Part shown: positions 52,820 through 63,941 of the stretch, in pieces
How the letters are laid out: every line of letters begins with the position of its first letter
Numbering within the stretch: the stretch's first letter is position 1
NCBI GenBank assembly: GCA_965198005.1
Contig: CBDAOI010000004.1
Location: 1,920,001 to 1,984,000, forward strand
Direction of reading: 5' to 3'
Source of the DNA: Spirochaetia bacterium
GTDB lineage: Bacteria > Spirochaetota > Spirochaetia > SZUA-6 > Bin103
Length of the DNA stretch: 64,000 nucleotides
Position numbers and translations under genes: made by a program
Notes under the pieces: generated by a model
What the model was told of the DNA's origin: nothing
Seen by the model: only the letters and a program-made list of their open reading frames with translations
Databases searched by the model: none

Positions 52820-54900
52820 GCTACAGCTACATCACGTCACTCGATACGAAGGAGGACGCCCTCGAGGTCGTCGGCGGCAAGGGCCGCTCTTTGGCCAAGT
52901 TGGCGAACGCCGGCTTCCCGGTGCCTGGCGGGTTTCAGGTAACCACCGCGGCGTATCGCAGCTTTGTCGCCGACCACGAGCTGCAGGCACGCATCGTTGC
53001 GTTGGCCAGGCCGGCGGTCGTCGATGGAAGAGCCTCGTTTGAGCAGTCGTCGGCCGCCATCGGGCAGTTGTTTGCCGACACCGAGATCTCGGCCGAGATC
53101 AGTGCCGAAATTGGCGACTGGTATGGCGCCCTGGCGGGCGGCACCCTGGAGGGCGAACCCGCGTTGGCGGTGCGCTCGTCGGCGAACGCCGAAGACCTGC
53201 CGGGTCTCTCCTTCGCCGGCCAGCAGGAGACGTTTCTCAACGTCACCGGCGCCGAGGCCGTGGTGGCTGCCGTCAAGAACTGCTGGGCCTCGCTATGGAC
53301 CGCGCAGGCCATCAGTTACCGGCACCAGAACGGCATCGCCCAGGACTCCGTGGCCATGGCCGTGGTCGCCCAGATCATGGTGCCCTCAGAGGTGTCGGGC
53401 AATGACCTGGCGTTGATGGTCGCGGATTTGTCGGAGGTGGAGCGACAGGCCTTTCGCGCATTCGAGGCCGCGCAGCATCTCGACGATCTGGCGCTGCAGG
53501 TGACGATGCCGGAGAGCGAGAGCCCCGTTTTTCTGGGAAAGACAAAGACAGGCCTCAACGACCGGATAGTGGACGAATGGCGCGCGGTCACTCGACCGCG
53601 ATTGATTGCGGTGAAGGAAGAATGGGCCGAGCTGGACCTGGATTCGGCGACGGATGAGCAACTGCTGGCAGCTATTCGCGAGATGAGTATGGAAGAAGGT
53701 TATTGCTGGGCCAGTAACTCGTACATCTCCTTCGCGACCTCCAAGTTCCCCGACGAACAGCTGCAGCATTTTCTCCGTGAAACGTTGCCGAACCACAACT
53801 TCACCAGCGGTCAACTCCTGTCCGGCATCGAGTCGAAGACCATGCAGGCCAACGAGGATCTGTTCGAAATCGCCAAGCTGGTTCGAGCGAGCGACGAGCT
53901 TACCTACCTGGTGATCGTGACGCCCGGTGAATTCCTGATGGATGAGCTGCGCGAGCACCCTGCTGCCGGCAAAGTGGTGGCGGGGATCGAGCAATACCTG
54001 GCGACCTACGGGCATCAGGGGTACTCCTTGGACTTCGTCGATCCGACCCAGGCGGAGGACCCGGCGGCCCTGTTCGCCACGCTGAAAGCGATGGTCGGCG
54101 ACCAGGACTACGACCCTGAGCATCAGCGCGCCAAGGCGGCAGCTATCCGCGAGGAGAAACTCGAGCAGATCTCGGAGCTGCTGAGCGGCCTGGAGTACTG
54201 GCAGTTTCGCTACCGCCTGTGGCTGGCCAGAAGGTACGCTCCGGTCCGCGACCAAGTCTCCTTCCTGTTGGGCTCCTGCTGGTCGCTAGTGCGCCCCATG
54301 GCGCTCGAACTGGGCCGTCGCCTGGTGGAAGTGGGCACCTTCTTGGAGGCCGAAGACACCTTCTACCTGGTCACCGACGAGTTGAACCAGGCGCTAGAGG
54401 CGCGCAAGTCGGGCAAGGCGTTACCGCAATTGGGTGCGTTGGCGGCCGAGCGACGCGAGCTGCGCGAGGCACGCAAGAAGCATCGCGCGCCGGCAGTCGT
54501 TCCCGAAGAGGCCAGGGCCAACAAGTACATTGCCCAGGCAGAGTCAATGGCAGCGCAGATCAACAACGACGAGTCCAGCGCTACCATGCGCGGTTTCGCC
54601 GTCAGTTCCGGTCAGGTGACCGCCAAGGCCAGCGTGGTGATGGGCCCGGCGGACTTCGCCAAGATGGAGCCGGGATCGATCCTGGTCTCGCCGTTGACCA
54701 CGCCGGCCTGGACGCAGCTGTTTGCCCATGCCGCCGGTCTGGTCACCGATATGGGCAGCATCCTTGCGCACGGATCGATCGTCGCTCGGGAATATGGCAT
54801 CCCCGCGGTCCTGGGGGTCGGCAACGGCACCGAGCGCATCGCGCACGCTCAGCTGATCACCATCGACGGCGACGCCGGCACGGTAGCGATCCACGACTAA
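52820..54900 (+). pseudogene. PEP-synthase-family / rifampin-phosphotransferase-like protein; no start codon upstream of the GGK motif, in-frame internal deletion
   Basis: VGGKGRSL, AVRSSANAEDLP..SFAGQQET, C-terminal LAHGSIVAREYGIPAV; PPDK_N domain breaks off after SEVSG. Confidence 0.75.
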
Positions 54901-54909
54901 AGACGGAAT

Positions 54910-55137
54910 GGCTCGCAGGCGCGCGGTGATGCGACCGAATACTCCGACTACGATTTTCTGGTAGTTGTCGACACGCACCCTGCGTCCGTCCGCGATGCCA
55001 TCCTGGACGCTGGAGTGCAGATGCTGAACGAATACGACCAGGTGTTTGCAGCGCTGTTGTACAGCGAGGAGCAATGGCGTGAGCTCAGCCGGTTTCCCCT
55101 CGGTTGGAATATTCAGCGGGAGGGCACACCGGTATGA
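54910..55137 (+). pseudogene. Minimal nucleotidyltransferase (MNT antitoxin-like), 5'-truncated
   Basis: Manual translation GSQARGDATEYSDYDFLVVV..NIQREGTPV*; ATGA overlap with a following ORF in which no HEPN motif is recognisable. Confidence 0.7.
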
Positions 55138-55720
55138 GCGCATTCGAGCCAACCGATGGTGTGCTGGTCCCTCACACCGTTACGGCTCCAGGTCGACGGC
55201 CGTCTACCGATGTGCTACGGTTTGTGGTGACATTGATGAGAGGGGACTGATATGCCTGCAAAGAACATAGACGTATTCTCGGTACGCGACTTATCGATAG
55301 CGTTGGCGATGCCCTGGACGCGTTGAGGGCGACCGGTTACCGACTTTCGGACGGACTCTGCTCTCGCCTTCTGGCCCCCGCCGGCGAGGCGTCTGTCGAG
55401 AGACCGAGAGACCAAAAGCGATAAGCCCCCGCTCACAAACGTGACCGACCTCAAAGGGCGAGCGACTCCTCCGCTCACTGCCGTTGCGCCCGCCGGGCCG
55501 CCGACCGCCAGCGCTTCCAGGTAGCGCTCCACCAACCACGGAGACACGCAGCCCGTCGGTCCCGCAGGCCGCCGCCCGTGCCTACTGTCGGTCGGGCGCA
55601 CTTGGCGCACTTCGCGCACTTCAGTTCGACTTGACGTTCCTTGACGCGAGAGTCATACTGCGAGTCCAGACTTCAACGGGTGTGGTTGACGCGTGACGAA
55701 CTTCCCTTGGGATCCTGGGA

Positions 55721-56031
55721 TCAGCAATTCTCGGTGAACAAAAATTGAGAGGGTCGGCGTGGGGGGCAATGGCGGGCGGGACGGCACGTAAGAGGTCGTA
55801 TAGGTCATGAGTATGTAATAAGTTGCCTACCGGCTGGACACTCGACCCCAGGGTTGTCATGCTCTCTCCTATGGCAAGAGGTCGCCGCAGAGGTCCATTT
55901 TTACTTCGTTTTCGTGCGCTCCTGGTCTCCTTGAACCTGCACGCCGCCAAGGTCGTCGATACCCGCCAAGCCAGCAAGGTCCGGTACTCCCTGCAGGATT
56001 GCTACGTGTGTGCTTTCGCCTTGTTCTACCT
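55721..56031 (+). mobile_element. Left end and transposase N-terminal fragment of an ISNCY-like IS
   Basis: TCAGCAATTCTCGG; DTRQASKVRYSLQDCYVCAFALFYL interrupted at ~56031. Confidence 0.65.
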
Positions 56032-56032
56032 T

Positions 56033-56143
56033 ATATGTTGCGCGCAACATATGAGGTAATATGTTGCGGTGCTCGTTATGTTGCGTTCGAGCCGTTTCTC
56101 CTTGTGGAGTAAGGAACCGGGCTCCGATCAACGCAACATAACG
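56033..56143. repeat. TATGTTGCG motif cluster, probable RIT terminal recombination sites
   Basis: Perfect 20-bp palindrome 56033-56052; direct copy 56060; 14-bp inverted pair 56074-56087 / 56130-56143. Confidence 0.7.
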
Positions 56144-56151
56144 GCGTGCGC

Positions 56152-57159
56152 TCACAGCGTTCGCAAGAACGCCATCAGACCGGTGTCCTCCCGCCACGGT
56201 TTGGTCGCTTGCGGTTCGGTCGCGTCGCACAGAGCGATTGCCTTGGCCTTCGTCTCAAGGTCGATTTCGACGTAGACATTCGTTGTGTCCAGCTTGGCGT
56301 GGCCGAGCCATGCCCGAATCGTGTTGAGGTCCACGCCGGCACGCAGCAGGTGAGTCGCCGTGGTGTGGCGAATCACGTGCGGGCTGACGCGCTTGCCGAC
56401 CAGCGACGATACCCGGGCTGAGGCGACGGTCGCGCAGCGACCGACCAAGCGGCCGATGCCGAAGCGGGTGATCGGTTGTCCGTGCCGGTTGAGGAAGACC
56501 TGCTCCGCGGCAGGGCGCCCATCGACCAAAGCTGGCAGCAGGCGCGCCGTGCGCGGCCAGAGCGGGCACTGACGGACCTTGCCGCCCTTTCCGCGTACCG
56601 TTGCCAGAGAAGGATGCGACTCGGGGACGGTCAGTTGTAGATCGCCGACCGTGAGTTGCGCGGCCTCGGACGCCCGGACGCCGGTGTTGTAGAGGAACAG
56701 CAGCAGGGCACGCTCGCGGCGGCCCTGCCGCGTGCCGTGGTCGGGAGCGTCGAGTAAGGCGTCGATCTCGGACTTCTCCAGATAGGAGATCGGCTTGGGG
56801 GCCGCCTTCTTGCGGGGCAGAGCACGGATCTGCGTGCACCATTCGACGTGCTCGGGACTGCGGCTGCCGACGAAGCGGGCAAACGAACAGATGGCCGTGA
56901 GCCGCTGATTGCGGGTCTGCGGGGAGCAGCCCCGCGCATCTTCAAGATGTGCGAGGAACTGCAGCACACGCTCGGAGGTGAGATCGAAGACGGCCAGCCG
57001 GTCGACCGGTTTGCGCCGCGCGCGGCTGACGAAGGGGAGCAGCAAAACCAGCGTGTCACGGTAGCTGCGTTGAGTGTTGCGGGCCAGATTACGCTCACTC
57101 ACCAGATGCTCCGCGAGGAAGCGTCGCAGCCAAGGGCCCAGAGTACGGGTATCAGTCAT
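56152..57159 (-). CDS. Tyrosine recombinase (RitC-like)
   Basis: LYNTGVRASE, GKGGK, SPHVIRHT, LGHAKLDTTNVY. Confidence 0.9.
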   Translation of the reverse strand: MTDTRTLGPWLRRFLAEHLVSERNLARNTQRSYRDTLVLLLPFVSRARRKPVDRLAVFDLTSERVLQFLAHLEDARGCSPQTRNQRLTAICSFARFVGSRSPEHVEWCTQIRALPRKKAAPKPISYLEKSEIDALLDAPDHGTRQGRRERALLLFLYNTGVRASEAAQLTVGDLQLTVPESHPSLATVRGKGGKVRQCPLWPRTARLLPALVDGRPAAEQVFLNRHGQPITRFGIGRLVGRCATVASARVSSLVGKRVSPHVIRHTTATHLLRAGVDLNTIRAWLGHAKLDTTNVYVEIDLETKAKAIALCDATEPQATKPWREDTGLMAFLRTL

Positions 57160-57420
57160 CGCGGCCTCCGGTTGCGGTCTCTGCGTAGCGCTCGAAGCGG
57201 AGCGAAGCCGCGCGCAGCAACTCAGGGGTCATGCTGAGATAGACAGCGGTTCCTGCGATGTTGACGTGGCCCAGGTAGGTGGAGAGGAATGGCAGCAAGC
57301 GTTGCACGTCCTTCCCTTGGCGGTACCAGGAGGTCAGTCGATGGACGGCGAACGAATGTCGCAGGTCGTGCAGGCGCGGCTGACGGCGGGCTCCGACCGG
57401 GTTCCGCACTCCAGCCGCTT
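57152..57420 (-). pseudogene. Tyrosine recombinase (RitB-like) C-terminal fragment
   Basis: PRLHDLRHSFAVHRLTSWYRQG..LSTYLGH..YL..TPELL. Confidence 0.85.
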
Positions 57421-57425
57421 GGCGC

Positions 57426-58079
57426 TTTCAGCGCCTGCCCTACTCACGGCGCGAGCTGTTCGAGCAGATCGAGCGGCACACCCTGAAGCCGTTGCCTCGG
57501 CACCACTTCCCGCTGCAGCAGATCCGGGAAGTGACGGTCCAGTTCAACTATCATGTGGAGCTGCGCGAAGACCGGCACTACTACAGCGTGCCCTGGCACC
57601 TGCGCACCCGCGATCCGCGCACCAAGGTCAAGCTGCTCTACGACGAGCGCACCGTCTCGATCCACTACGACAACGTGCGCCTGGTCGAGTACCAGCGCGA
57701 TCGTCGTGCGGGTGGCTACACCACGCTGCCCGACCACATGCCGCCGCAGCACCGGTGGTATGCCGAGTGGAGCCCGGAACGATTTCTGCGCTGGGGGCGG
57801 GCGCTGGGCCGCAACGTGGAGGCCGTGATCGCAAAGGTGCTCAAGGACGCCAAGTACCCGCCCCAGGGGTTTCGTGCCTGCCTGGGCATCCTGAACCTGG
57901 AGAAGAGCTATGGCGCACCGCGCCTCGATCGGGCCTGCCAGCGGGCGCTTGTCTACGGACTGTGCTCGTACCGCCGGATTCAGAACATGCTGAAGCTGGG
58001 CCTGGAGGAGGAGCACGACCAACCGCAGCTGAACTTCCCCCGCCATGACAACGTGCGCGGCAGCCACTACTACAACTGA
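57426..58079 (+). pseudogene. istA: IS21-family transposase, C-terminal fragment
   Basis: SRRELFEQIER..LP, HYYSVP, HMPPQHR, HDNVRGSHYY. Confidence 0.88.
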
Positions 58080-58089
58080 GGTACCGACG

Positions 58090-58851
58090 ATGACCAATAA
58101 CCAAGCCACCCTGCACAAGCTCGACCAGATGCGCCTGCACGGCATGGCACGAGCGCTACGCACCACCCTGGAGAGCTCAGCCCAGTGGACCGCCGACGAG
58201 CTGCTGGCGCACCTGGTGGATGCCGAGTGGGACGACCGACATGCGCGGCGCCTGCAGCGGCTGCTGAAGGCGGCCCACTTTCGCTACCTGGCCGCCATCG
58301 AGGAAGTAGACTTCGCGCTGAGCCGCAACCTCGACAAGAACCAATTGCTGCGGTTGGCCGACTGCCGCTGGGTGCAGCACCACCAGGACCTCATCATCAC
58401 CGGCAAATGCGGTTCGGGAAAAAGCTATCTGGCCTCCGCGCTGGGCCACCAAGCGTGTCTGCGCGGCTTCCGGGTCGGCTACTACGCGGCCGCGCGGCTG
58501 TTCGGAGAACTCCGCCTGGCCAAGGCTGACGGCAGCTACGTCCGGGAGCTGGAGAAGATCAAGAAGCAGGCATTGGTGGTCATCGATGACTTCGCGCTGG
58601 AGCCGCTGGACGGACTGGCGCGTCTGGCACTGCTGGAGATGCTCGAAGATCGCCACGGTCGAGCCTCGACCCTGATGGTGTCGCAGTTGCCGGTGTCGTC
58701 CTGGCATGAGGTAATCGGCGAGCCCACCATCGCCGACGCGATCTGTGATCGCATCGTGCACGGCGCCCACCGCATCAACCTCGAAGGAGAATCCGTCCGG
58801 AAGCTGTATGCCCAACGTGCCGACCGTGACTCAGCCGAGCGGCTGGGCTAG
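58090..58851 (+). CDS. istB: IS21-family helper ATPase
   Basis: GKCGSGKS, VIDDF, SQLPVSSW, ADAICDRIVH..GESVR. Confidence 0.93.
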   Translation: MTNNQATLHKLDQMRLHGMARALRTTLESSAQWTADELLAHLVDAEWDDRHARRLQRLLKAAHFRYLAAIEEVDFALSRNLDKNQLLRLADCRWVQHHQDLIITGKCGSGKSYLASALGHQACLRGFRVGYYAAARLFGELRLAKADGSYVRELEKIKKQALVVIDDFALEPLDGLARLALLEMLEDRHGRASTLMVSQLPVSSWHEVIGEPTIADAICDRIVHGAHRINLEGESVRKLYAQRADRDSAERLG

Positions 58852-59188
58852 TAGGGGCCACGAAAGCGGGACACCGTCAGTCGCCGCGTGCGCGGGGGGG
58901 ATGGGCCGTTGCCGGGGCGCGTCGCGGCGCTCCAGAGGTCCAAGAGCCGCTCGCCGGTCGCGCGGCACCGCTCGGACAGGAGCGGGCACGAGCGCCGCCG
59001 CGGCGACGAATCTCGGCACTCGGACCCGTTCAGGGCTGTCATTCATCGCCGACTGGCCAGCAGCGGGGCGGCGCACCGCCATCGAACACCAACGCCAGCG
59101 GCAGCGCGCAGCGGCTGCCGAGGTCGAGAGCGCAGACCAGACCGCGACCGCACCGCCCGAACCCGTTACGTAACGGAGTGCAGTTACC

Positions 59189-59476
59189 ATGGCTTTGACC
59201 AACGCCCAACGACAACGGCGCTATCGAGAGCGCCACCAGGCACAGCAACCGCAGGTGCATTACCGACGACCGCAGGACCGCCGATCCCGACCGCAGCGCT
59301 GGCAGGATGCGGTACGCACCCTGCTCGACCTTCAGGATGAGTACCAAGCGTGGCTCGACAACCTGCCCGACAGTCTCGGGGAGTCCGCGCTCGCACACAA
59401 GCTGCAGGCGATTTGCACCCTTGATCTTGCCGAACTGGAGAGCGTCGAGCCGCCGCGCGGGTTCGGGCGCGACTGA
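59189..59476 (+). CDS. Small hypothetical protein, passenger within the IS21 arm
   Basis: MALTNAQRQRRYRER..YQAWLDNLPDSL..PPRGFGRD; SD-like GGAG upstream; coding-like composition. Confidence 0.65.
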   Translation: MALTNAQRQRRYRERHQAQQPQVHYRRPQDRRSRPQRWQDAVRTLLDLQDEYQAWLDNLPDSLGESALAHKLQAICTLDLAELESVEPPRGFGRD

Positions 59477-60287
59477 GGAAACCCGCAGCTCGCCACTCCG
59501 TTCGTCAAGCCCTGACCTGGCGGCCCTGGGGCCGCTACGGTGCCGACCGGCACTCCACGGTCGCTACGAGCAGGGCGCCAACCAACGTCCAGCCGTCCCC
59601 TCGCGCCCGACGAGCGCAACGCATGCGCTGCCAGCCAACGGCTCCTCAGAGCGCTTGCTCAGGCCCAGCCGGCGGTCGATGGCCTCCAAAATCGCCCGAG
59701 GATCGCCGTCGCGGGCTTCGCGGCAGCAAGGCGGTGGCGGGAGCAGAACGCCGGCGCTCGTCGACCTGGCGGTCGCTGTGCGAGTCCGGCCAGGAGGCAG
59801 CAACCTTGCGCGACGACGGCCACCGAGAGCCGTCCGCGGAATGGGGTGGTACCTACCGGCCCGGGCGGTGGGTCAATCGCTGACTCCGGGAATCTCGAAC
59901 CATGCTGCGAGACATCCCTCAGACACCCCCGGGTGATGAGCGGCGTATCGCCGTCGCAGCGACGCGAACGGCGTCCTGCGGCAGTGCGATGGCCGGCAGA
60001 GACGCTGCGGTCGAGGCGGTGCACGCGCCTGCGAACGCCGCGGGGGCCGCGGTCGGCGGGCGCGGTTGGGGACGTGCAGAACCACAGTCCCGGCTCCCTT
60101 GCAGCCGACAGAGCCGCGCGGGGTGATGGTGGTCGGAGGCGGTCGGTGAGACCGGGCTGCGAAAGCCTCCGCGGACTTGGCGTGACACCTGCACGACTAA
60201 CCGCCCTATGCCATCCTGTGTCTCGTTGCGACATTGATTCTCATCCTGATTGTCGCCGGTTTCTCATCCTGATTGTCGCGCCACACC

Positions 60288-60765
60288 CTGAGGGCCTTCC
60301 AAACCCAGGGGAATACCCCAGAGTACCCCCCGAAATCCCACAGTGTGCCCGTCAAGGCCGTTTCCGAGCACCGCTGACGCCGCGCGGTCGGACATACCAC
60401 CACCCGGCTGCGGGGTGCTACCCCGCGCGGTCCGCCACCCGGCTCCCATCCGGACCAGCAATCGAAGGCCCCCGCCTGCGGTCGGCGCGGTACTGTTCCA
60501 AGCCGACTGCCTCTGCCTGCCGCACGGCTGCCGGTCGAGTTCGCCCACCGGCGCGGCAGCATGAACGCCGCCACGGCGGCAATCCCGGAGTGTGGACCCG
60601 TTCAGGGCCGGCATTCACCACCGATTGGCCGGCAGCGGGACGCTCGGCGTCCAAGTCGGCCTCATAGCGGCTCTCTGAGGGCCTTCCAAACCCAGGGGAA
60701 TACCCCAGGGTACCCCCCGGAATCCCGCAAGGTGCCCGTCAAAGCCGTTCCCCAGCACCGCTGAC
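60288..60765 (+). repeat. Two ~91-bp imperfect direct repeats (60288-60378, 60675-60765)
   Basis: Both begin CTGAGGGCCTTCCAAACCCAGGGGAATACCCCAG and end AGCACCGCTGAC. Confidence 0.85.
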
Positions 60766-61086
60766 CCCCCGCGGTCCGCCACCCCGGCTCCCGTGTGCCA
60801 CCTCGAACATCAATCCGAGACGCGGCGCTCCGTTCGCGATGTCGCACCCTCCAACCCATCTCTGCGTCGCTTGCACAGATCCGAGCACCGAGCACTGCCG
60901 CTAGCCAGTTTTCTCCGCAAGGGTGGTGTGCTCAGCACTAAGGCCTCCGACCCCCACCCCCCAGGAAGCTTCTGCACCGAAGGAGGTTGCACCACCGAAG
61001 CCCCTCTGAGCACACACCCAGGCACCCAGGTTGATTCAAAAAAGCCACCCCGCTATAGTGGCTGTCACAGGATCGGACGCCCCGCC

Positions 61087-61136
61087 GGGTGGCTTTTTAT
61101 TCCCGGAATGGGTGGCTTTTTTCACCGGAATACGCA
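61087..61136 (+). mobile_element. IS21 right end
   Basis: Two tandem GGGTGGCTTTTT..CCGGAAT units ending in ACGCA; truncates the integrase gene at 61137. Confidence 0.75.
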
Positions 61137-61498
61137 AACACATTCCGAATCAGCTTCTGCTCCTCCTTGGGGAACTCCAGCACGCTGGTGGGGTCCCGGA
61201 GGATGAAGTCGCCGCGCAGTAGATAATGGAAGAACTTGCGCACCGACCGCAGGATCAAGTTCTGCGTGGCATGCGTCAGCGCCCCGATGCGCGGATCCTC
61301 ATGCTCGGCCAGATGCCGTTGATAGTCGAGGATGGTGTCCTTGGTAACCTGCTCCACCGTCTCGATGCGTGGGTAGCGCTGCTCGAGGAATGCCAGGAAG
61401 CGCTTGGTGTTAGCCCCGTAGGTCTCAAGGGTGCGGGCGGCGAAGTGATGGGCGCGCAGGTAGTCGCGAAAACCGTCCAGGTGGCGCTGGAACTTCAT
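61137..61498 (-). pseudogene. XerD-like integrase N-terminal (SAM-like) domain, truncated by IS21
   Basis: FRDYL..TLETY..FLAFL..LRSVRKFFHYL..DPT..LEFPK..KLIRNV. Confidence 0.8.
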
Positions 61499-61664
61499 GC
61501 TTGCTCCTTTCCGTTGCCGTCCGCTGCCGGTGAGACACCTTCGGGCACAGTCTAAACAGGGTATACGTTCAAATACGGCGTTCAGGGGTCCGGGTGCGGC
61601 TATCTCCTTGCAGGAGAGTTGGTTACCGCATCCGAACCTGAATGTTCGGGTGTGTTCAGCTCGT

Positions 61665-63842
61665 TCAGGTCGCCGCGCCCGCAGCGGCAGGTTGGGCCTT
61701 GATCCTGGCAGTCAGATCCTCGGGGCTGAGGATCGTGGTGAGGAAATCGAGGTCGCTGTAGTGTGCCGACAGCCGGTACTGATTGGCAAGACCACTGCGC
61801 GCCTTGATGAGCTGGATGTACTCGTAGTCGGCGAGGGTGCGGAAGTTGTTGCGGACCTGGGCGAACGACCACGAGGTATAGGTACGGATCTGGCTGCGCT
61901 GAAAGACCACCTGCTCGGCAACGACGCCCTCCGCATCGGCTTTGTCGGTGACGTACTTCTTGATGAGCTCCAGCAACTCTCTGGCCGGCCGTGGCAGGTC
62001 ATCGAGGGTGTTGTCCAGCACGCCGTCGGAGAGCAGCTCGTGAGCGAGCCGGTAGTCGGCGACGGTGCACTCGATGTATTCGAGGGTCTCGCCGCCGTCC
62101 AACGTCAGCTGCTTGCGCTTGCGCTGGTACTGATACAGGAAGCAGATGGCGTTGATGAGCCGCAGGAACTTCTCATGGTCGCGCCGGGTCTTCAGTGTGG
62201 AGGCCGGGAAGGTCAACACCGGCTCGAGCAACCGCTGCGCGAAGTGGTGGCGCTCGGTGATTCGATCCAGACTCCGTCGCTCGAGGAAGCCGTCGACGGT
62301 GTAGTTGGTGCGCTGCCGGTCGTGGATGAGCCGGGTCTGGTCCTCTGACTCGTCGATGCCCACGACGAAGCTGCGGCTGAGGTTGTCGGGGTTCACGTCG
62401 CCTTTGGTGGTGGTCTCGGCCAGCGAGATCGGCCCGTTCACGGTGATGGTCTCGGTCTTCACTTGGGCGGTGACCGGGTCCTTCATCGGCACCGCCTTGG
62501 TGATGGAGCGCCGCGAGATGAGCTCGCGCAGCGGGTAGTCGGAGCCCTCGCTGCCGTGCTTCTCGCCGATGACGATGAAGCAGTGCTTCAGGTCGTCCTT
62601 GCCGTAGTAGTAGAGCGCCTGCGCCGACAAGTCGCTGACGCTCTCCACATCCTCGGGCGGACACAGCTGCTCGGTCACCTCCACCAGCATGCTCTTGCCG
62701 GCGCTGCTGCGCGAGATGATGATCGCATGCAGCGGGTTGTGCATCAGGCGCGAGGTCATCACCAGGTAGAGCAGGAGCTTGTTCTTGCGCTCCCGGACGT
62801 AGCCAAGCTCGGTGTAGTCGCGGTCGATCTGGTCGACCAGGTCGGAGCTCTTCAGCAACTCCATCGCGATCTGCCGTTGATGGTCGGTCAGCGCGCGGTG
62901 CTTCTCGATCACGTCGATGATCTGGGTCAGGTCGCTCTCGATCTGCGCTTGGTCGCTCAAGCCGAAGCGGTCCATCAGCTGATAGGTGAAGTTCTGTCGG
63001 TCGCGGTTGCGGTACAGGTCGATGGAATCCACGAATGCGCTCTGGTCGAGCTGGGCCTTGATGTTGGCCTTCATGCGGGTGGTGTGCTCAGCGAAGCTGC
63101 CGATGACCCGGTAGGTCACCTGTGGGAACCGAAACAGGAAGCCGCCCTCGATCTCGGTCACCGCATCTGAGATGGACGCCTCACCACCGTCGCGGTCCAG
63201 GAGTCGCTGGAGTGAGGCGCGCACCTCAGAGCTGGGCAAACCGTCGAGCTCGATGGGCACGCGACGCGCCGAGACCCCGGCGCGCGTGAGATCGGCGAAC
63301 AAACGCGCGCGTCCCTCGAAGGTGAAGGTGACAGCGCGGATGCGCTGGTCCTGTGCGAACTTCAGGTACTTGGCGTCGCTGCCGAACGGGAACGTCGTAT
63401 GCGGAAAGTCATGCTGGATGAGCGTGAGCGCGTCGAGGGCGCTCTCGACGAAGATCACCTCCCTCTGCTTGCTCAAGAAGGGGGCGTTGAAGATGCCATC
63501 CTCGCCAATCATGACCAGGGGCCGCTTGGCGCGCCGGTTCAGTTTGTATCCGACGACGTTGACGACCGTCCCTGCCTCATCGAGGACCGGAATCGTCACG
63601 CAGCCCTGCAGCACGACGCGGCCGTTCTTGATGGCGCCGCAACGCTCCAGCTCTATGCGCAGCTCCTGGTCGCGCGCCAGATGCTCGGCGACCTGGTCGG
63701 CGCAGTAGCCGAGCCGGAAGCTCTCGAATACGAACGACTCAGTGATACCGGCTCGTGCGAGCGCGGCACGTGGGCGGGGATCCGAGGCCAGCGGTTCCGT
63801 GCAGAGGCCGGTCAGCTGTTCGAGTGCGTTGGCTTGATTCAT
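61665..63842 (-). CDS. Primase-like / P-loop NTPase protein of an integrative element
   Basis: FRLGY, VIFVESALDALT (TOPRIM-like), DSIDLY, SRSSAGKS, LSAQALYY, RRDHEKFLRLI. Confidence 0.7.
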   Translation of the reverse strand: MNQANALEQLTGLCTEPLASDPRPRAALARAGITESFVFESFRLGYCADQVAEHLARDQELRIELERCGAIKNGRVVLQGCVTIPVLDEAGTVVNVVGYKLNRRAKRPLVMIGEDGIFNAPFLSKQREVIFVESALDALTLIQHDFPHTTFPFGSDAKYLKFAQDQRIRAVTFTFEGRARLFADLTRAGVSARRVPIELDGLPSSEVRASLQRLLDRDGGEASISDAVTEIEGGFLFRFPQVTYRVIGSFAEHTTRMKANIKAQLDQSAFVDSIDLYRNRDRQNFTYQLMDRFGLSDQAQIESDLTQIIDVIEKHRALTDHQRQIAMELLKSSDLVDQIDRDYTELGYVRERKNKLLLYLVMTSRLMHNPLHAIIISRSSAGKSMLVEVTEQLCPPEDVESVSDLSAQALYYYGKDDLKHCFIVIGEKHGSEGSDYPLRELISRRSITKAVPMKDPVTAQVKTETITVNGPISLAETTTKGDVNPDNLSRSFVVGIDESEDQTRLIHDRQRTNYTVDGFLERRSLDRITERHHFAQRLLEPVLTFPASTLKTRRDHEKFLRLINAICFLYQYQRKRKQLTLDGGETLEYIECTVADYRLAHELLSDGVLDNTLDDLPRPARELLELIKKYVTDKADAEGVVAEQVVFQRSQIRTYTSWSFAQVRNNFRTLADYEYIQLIKARSGLANQYRLSAHYSDLDFLTTILSPEDLTARIKAQPAAAGAAT

Positions 63843-63941
63843 ATGGGCTCCCCATATACAGGACGTAGTAGTACCCTATATAGGAGTGCGTGGCAACCCT
63901 TGCGGTACAATTTGTCGCACGATTGTGCGTATGCTGCAGCT

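Noticed and set aside
60288-60765. Direct repeats as a possible CRISPR array
   Set aside because: Only two long units with no regular repeat-spacer period, and no cas genes in the window.
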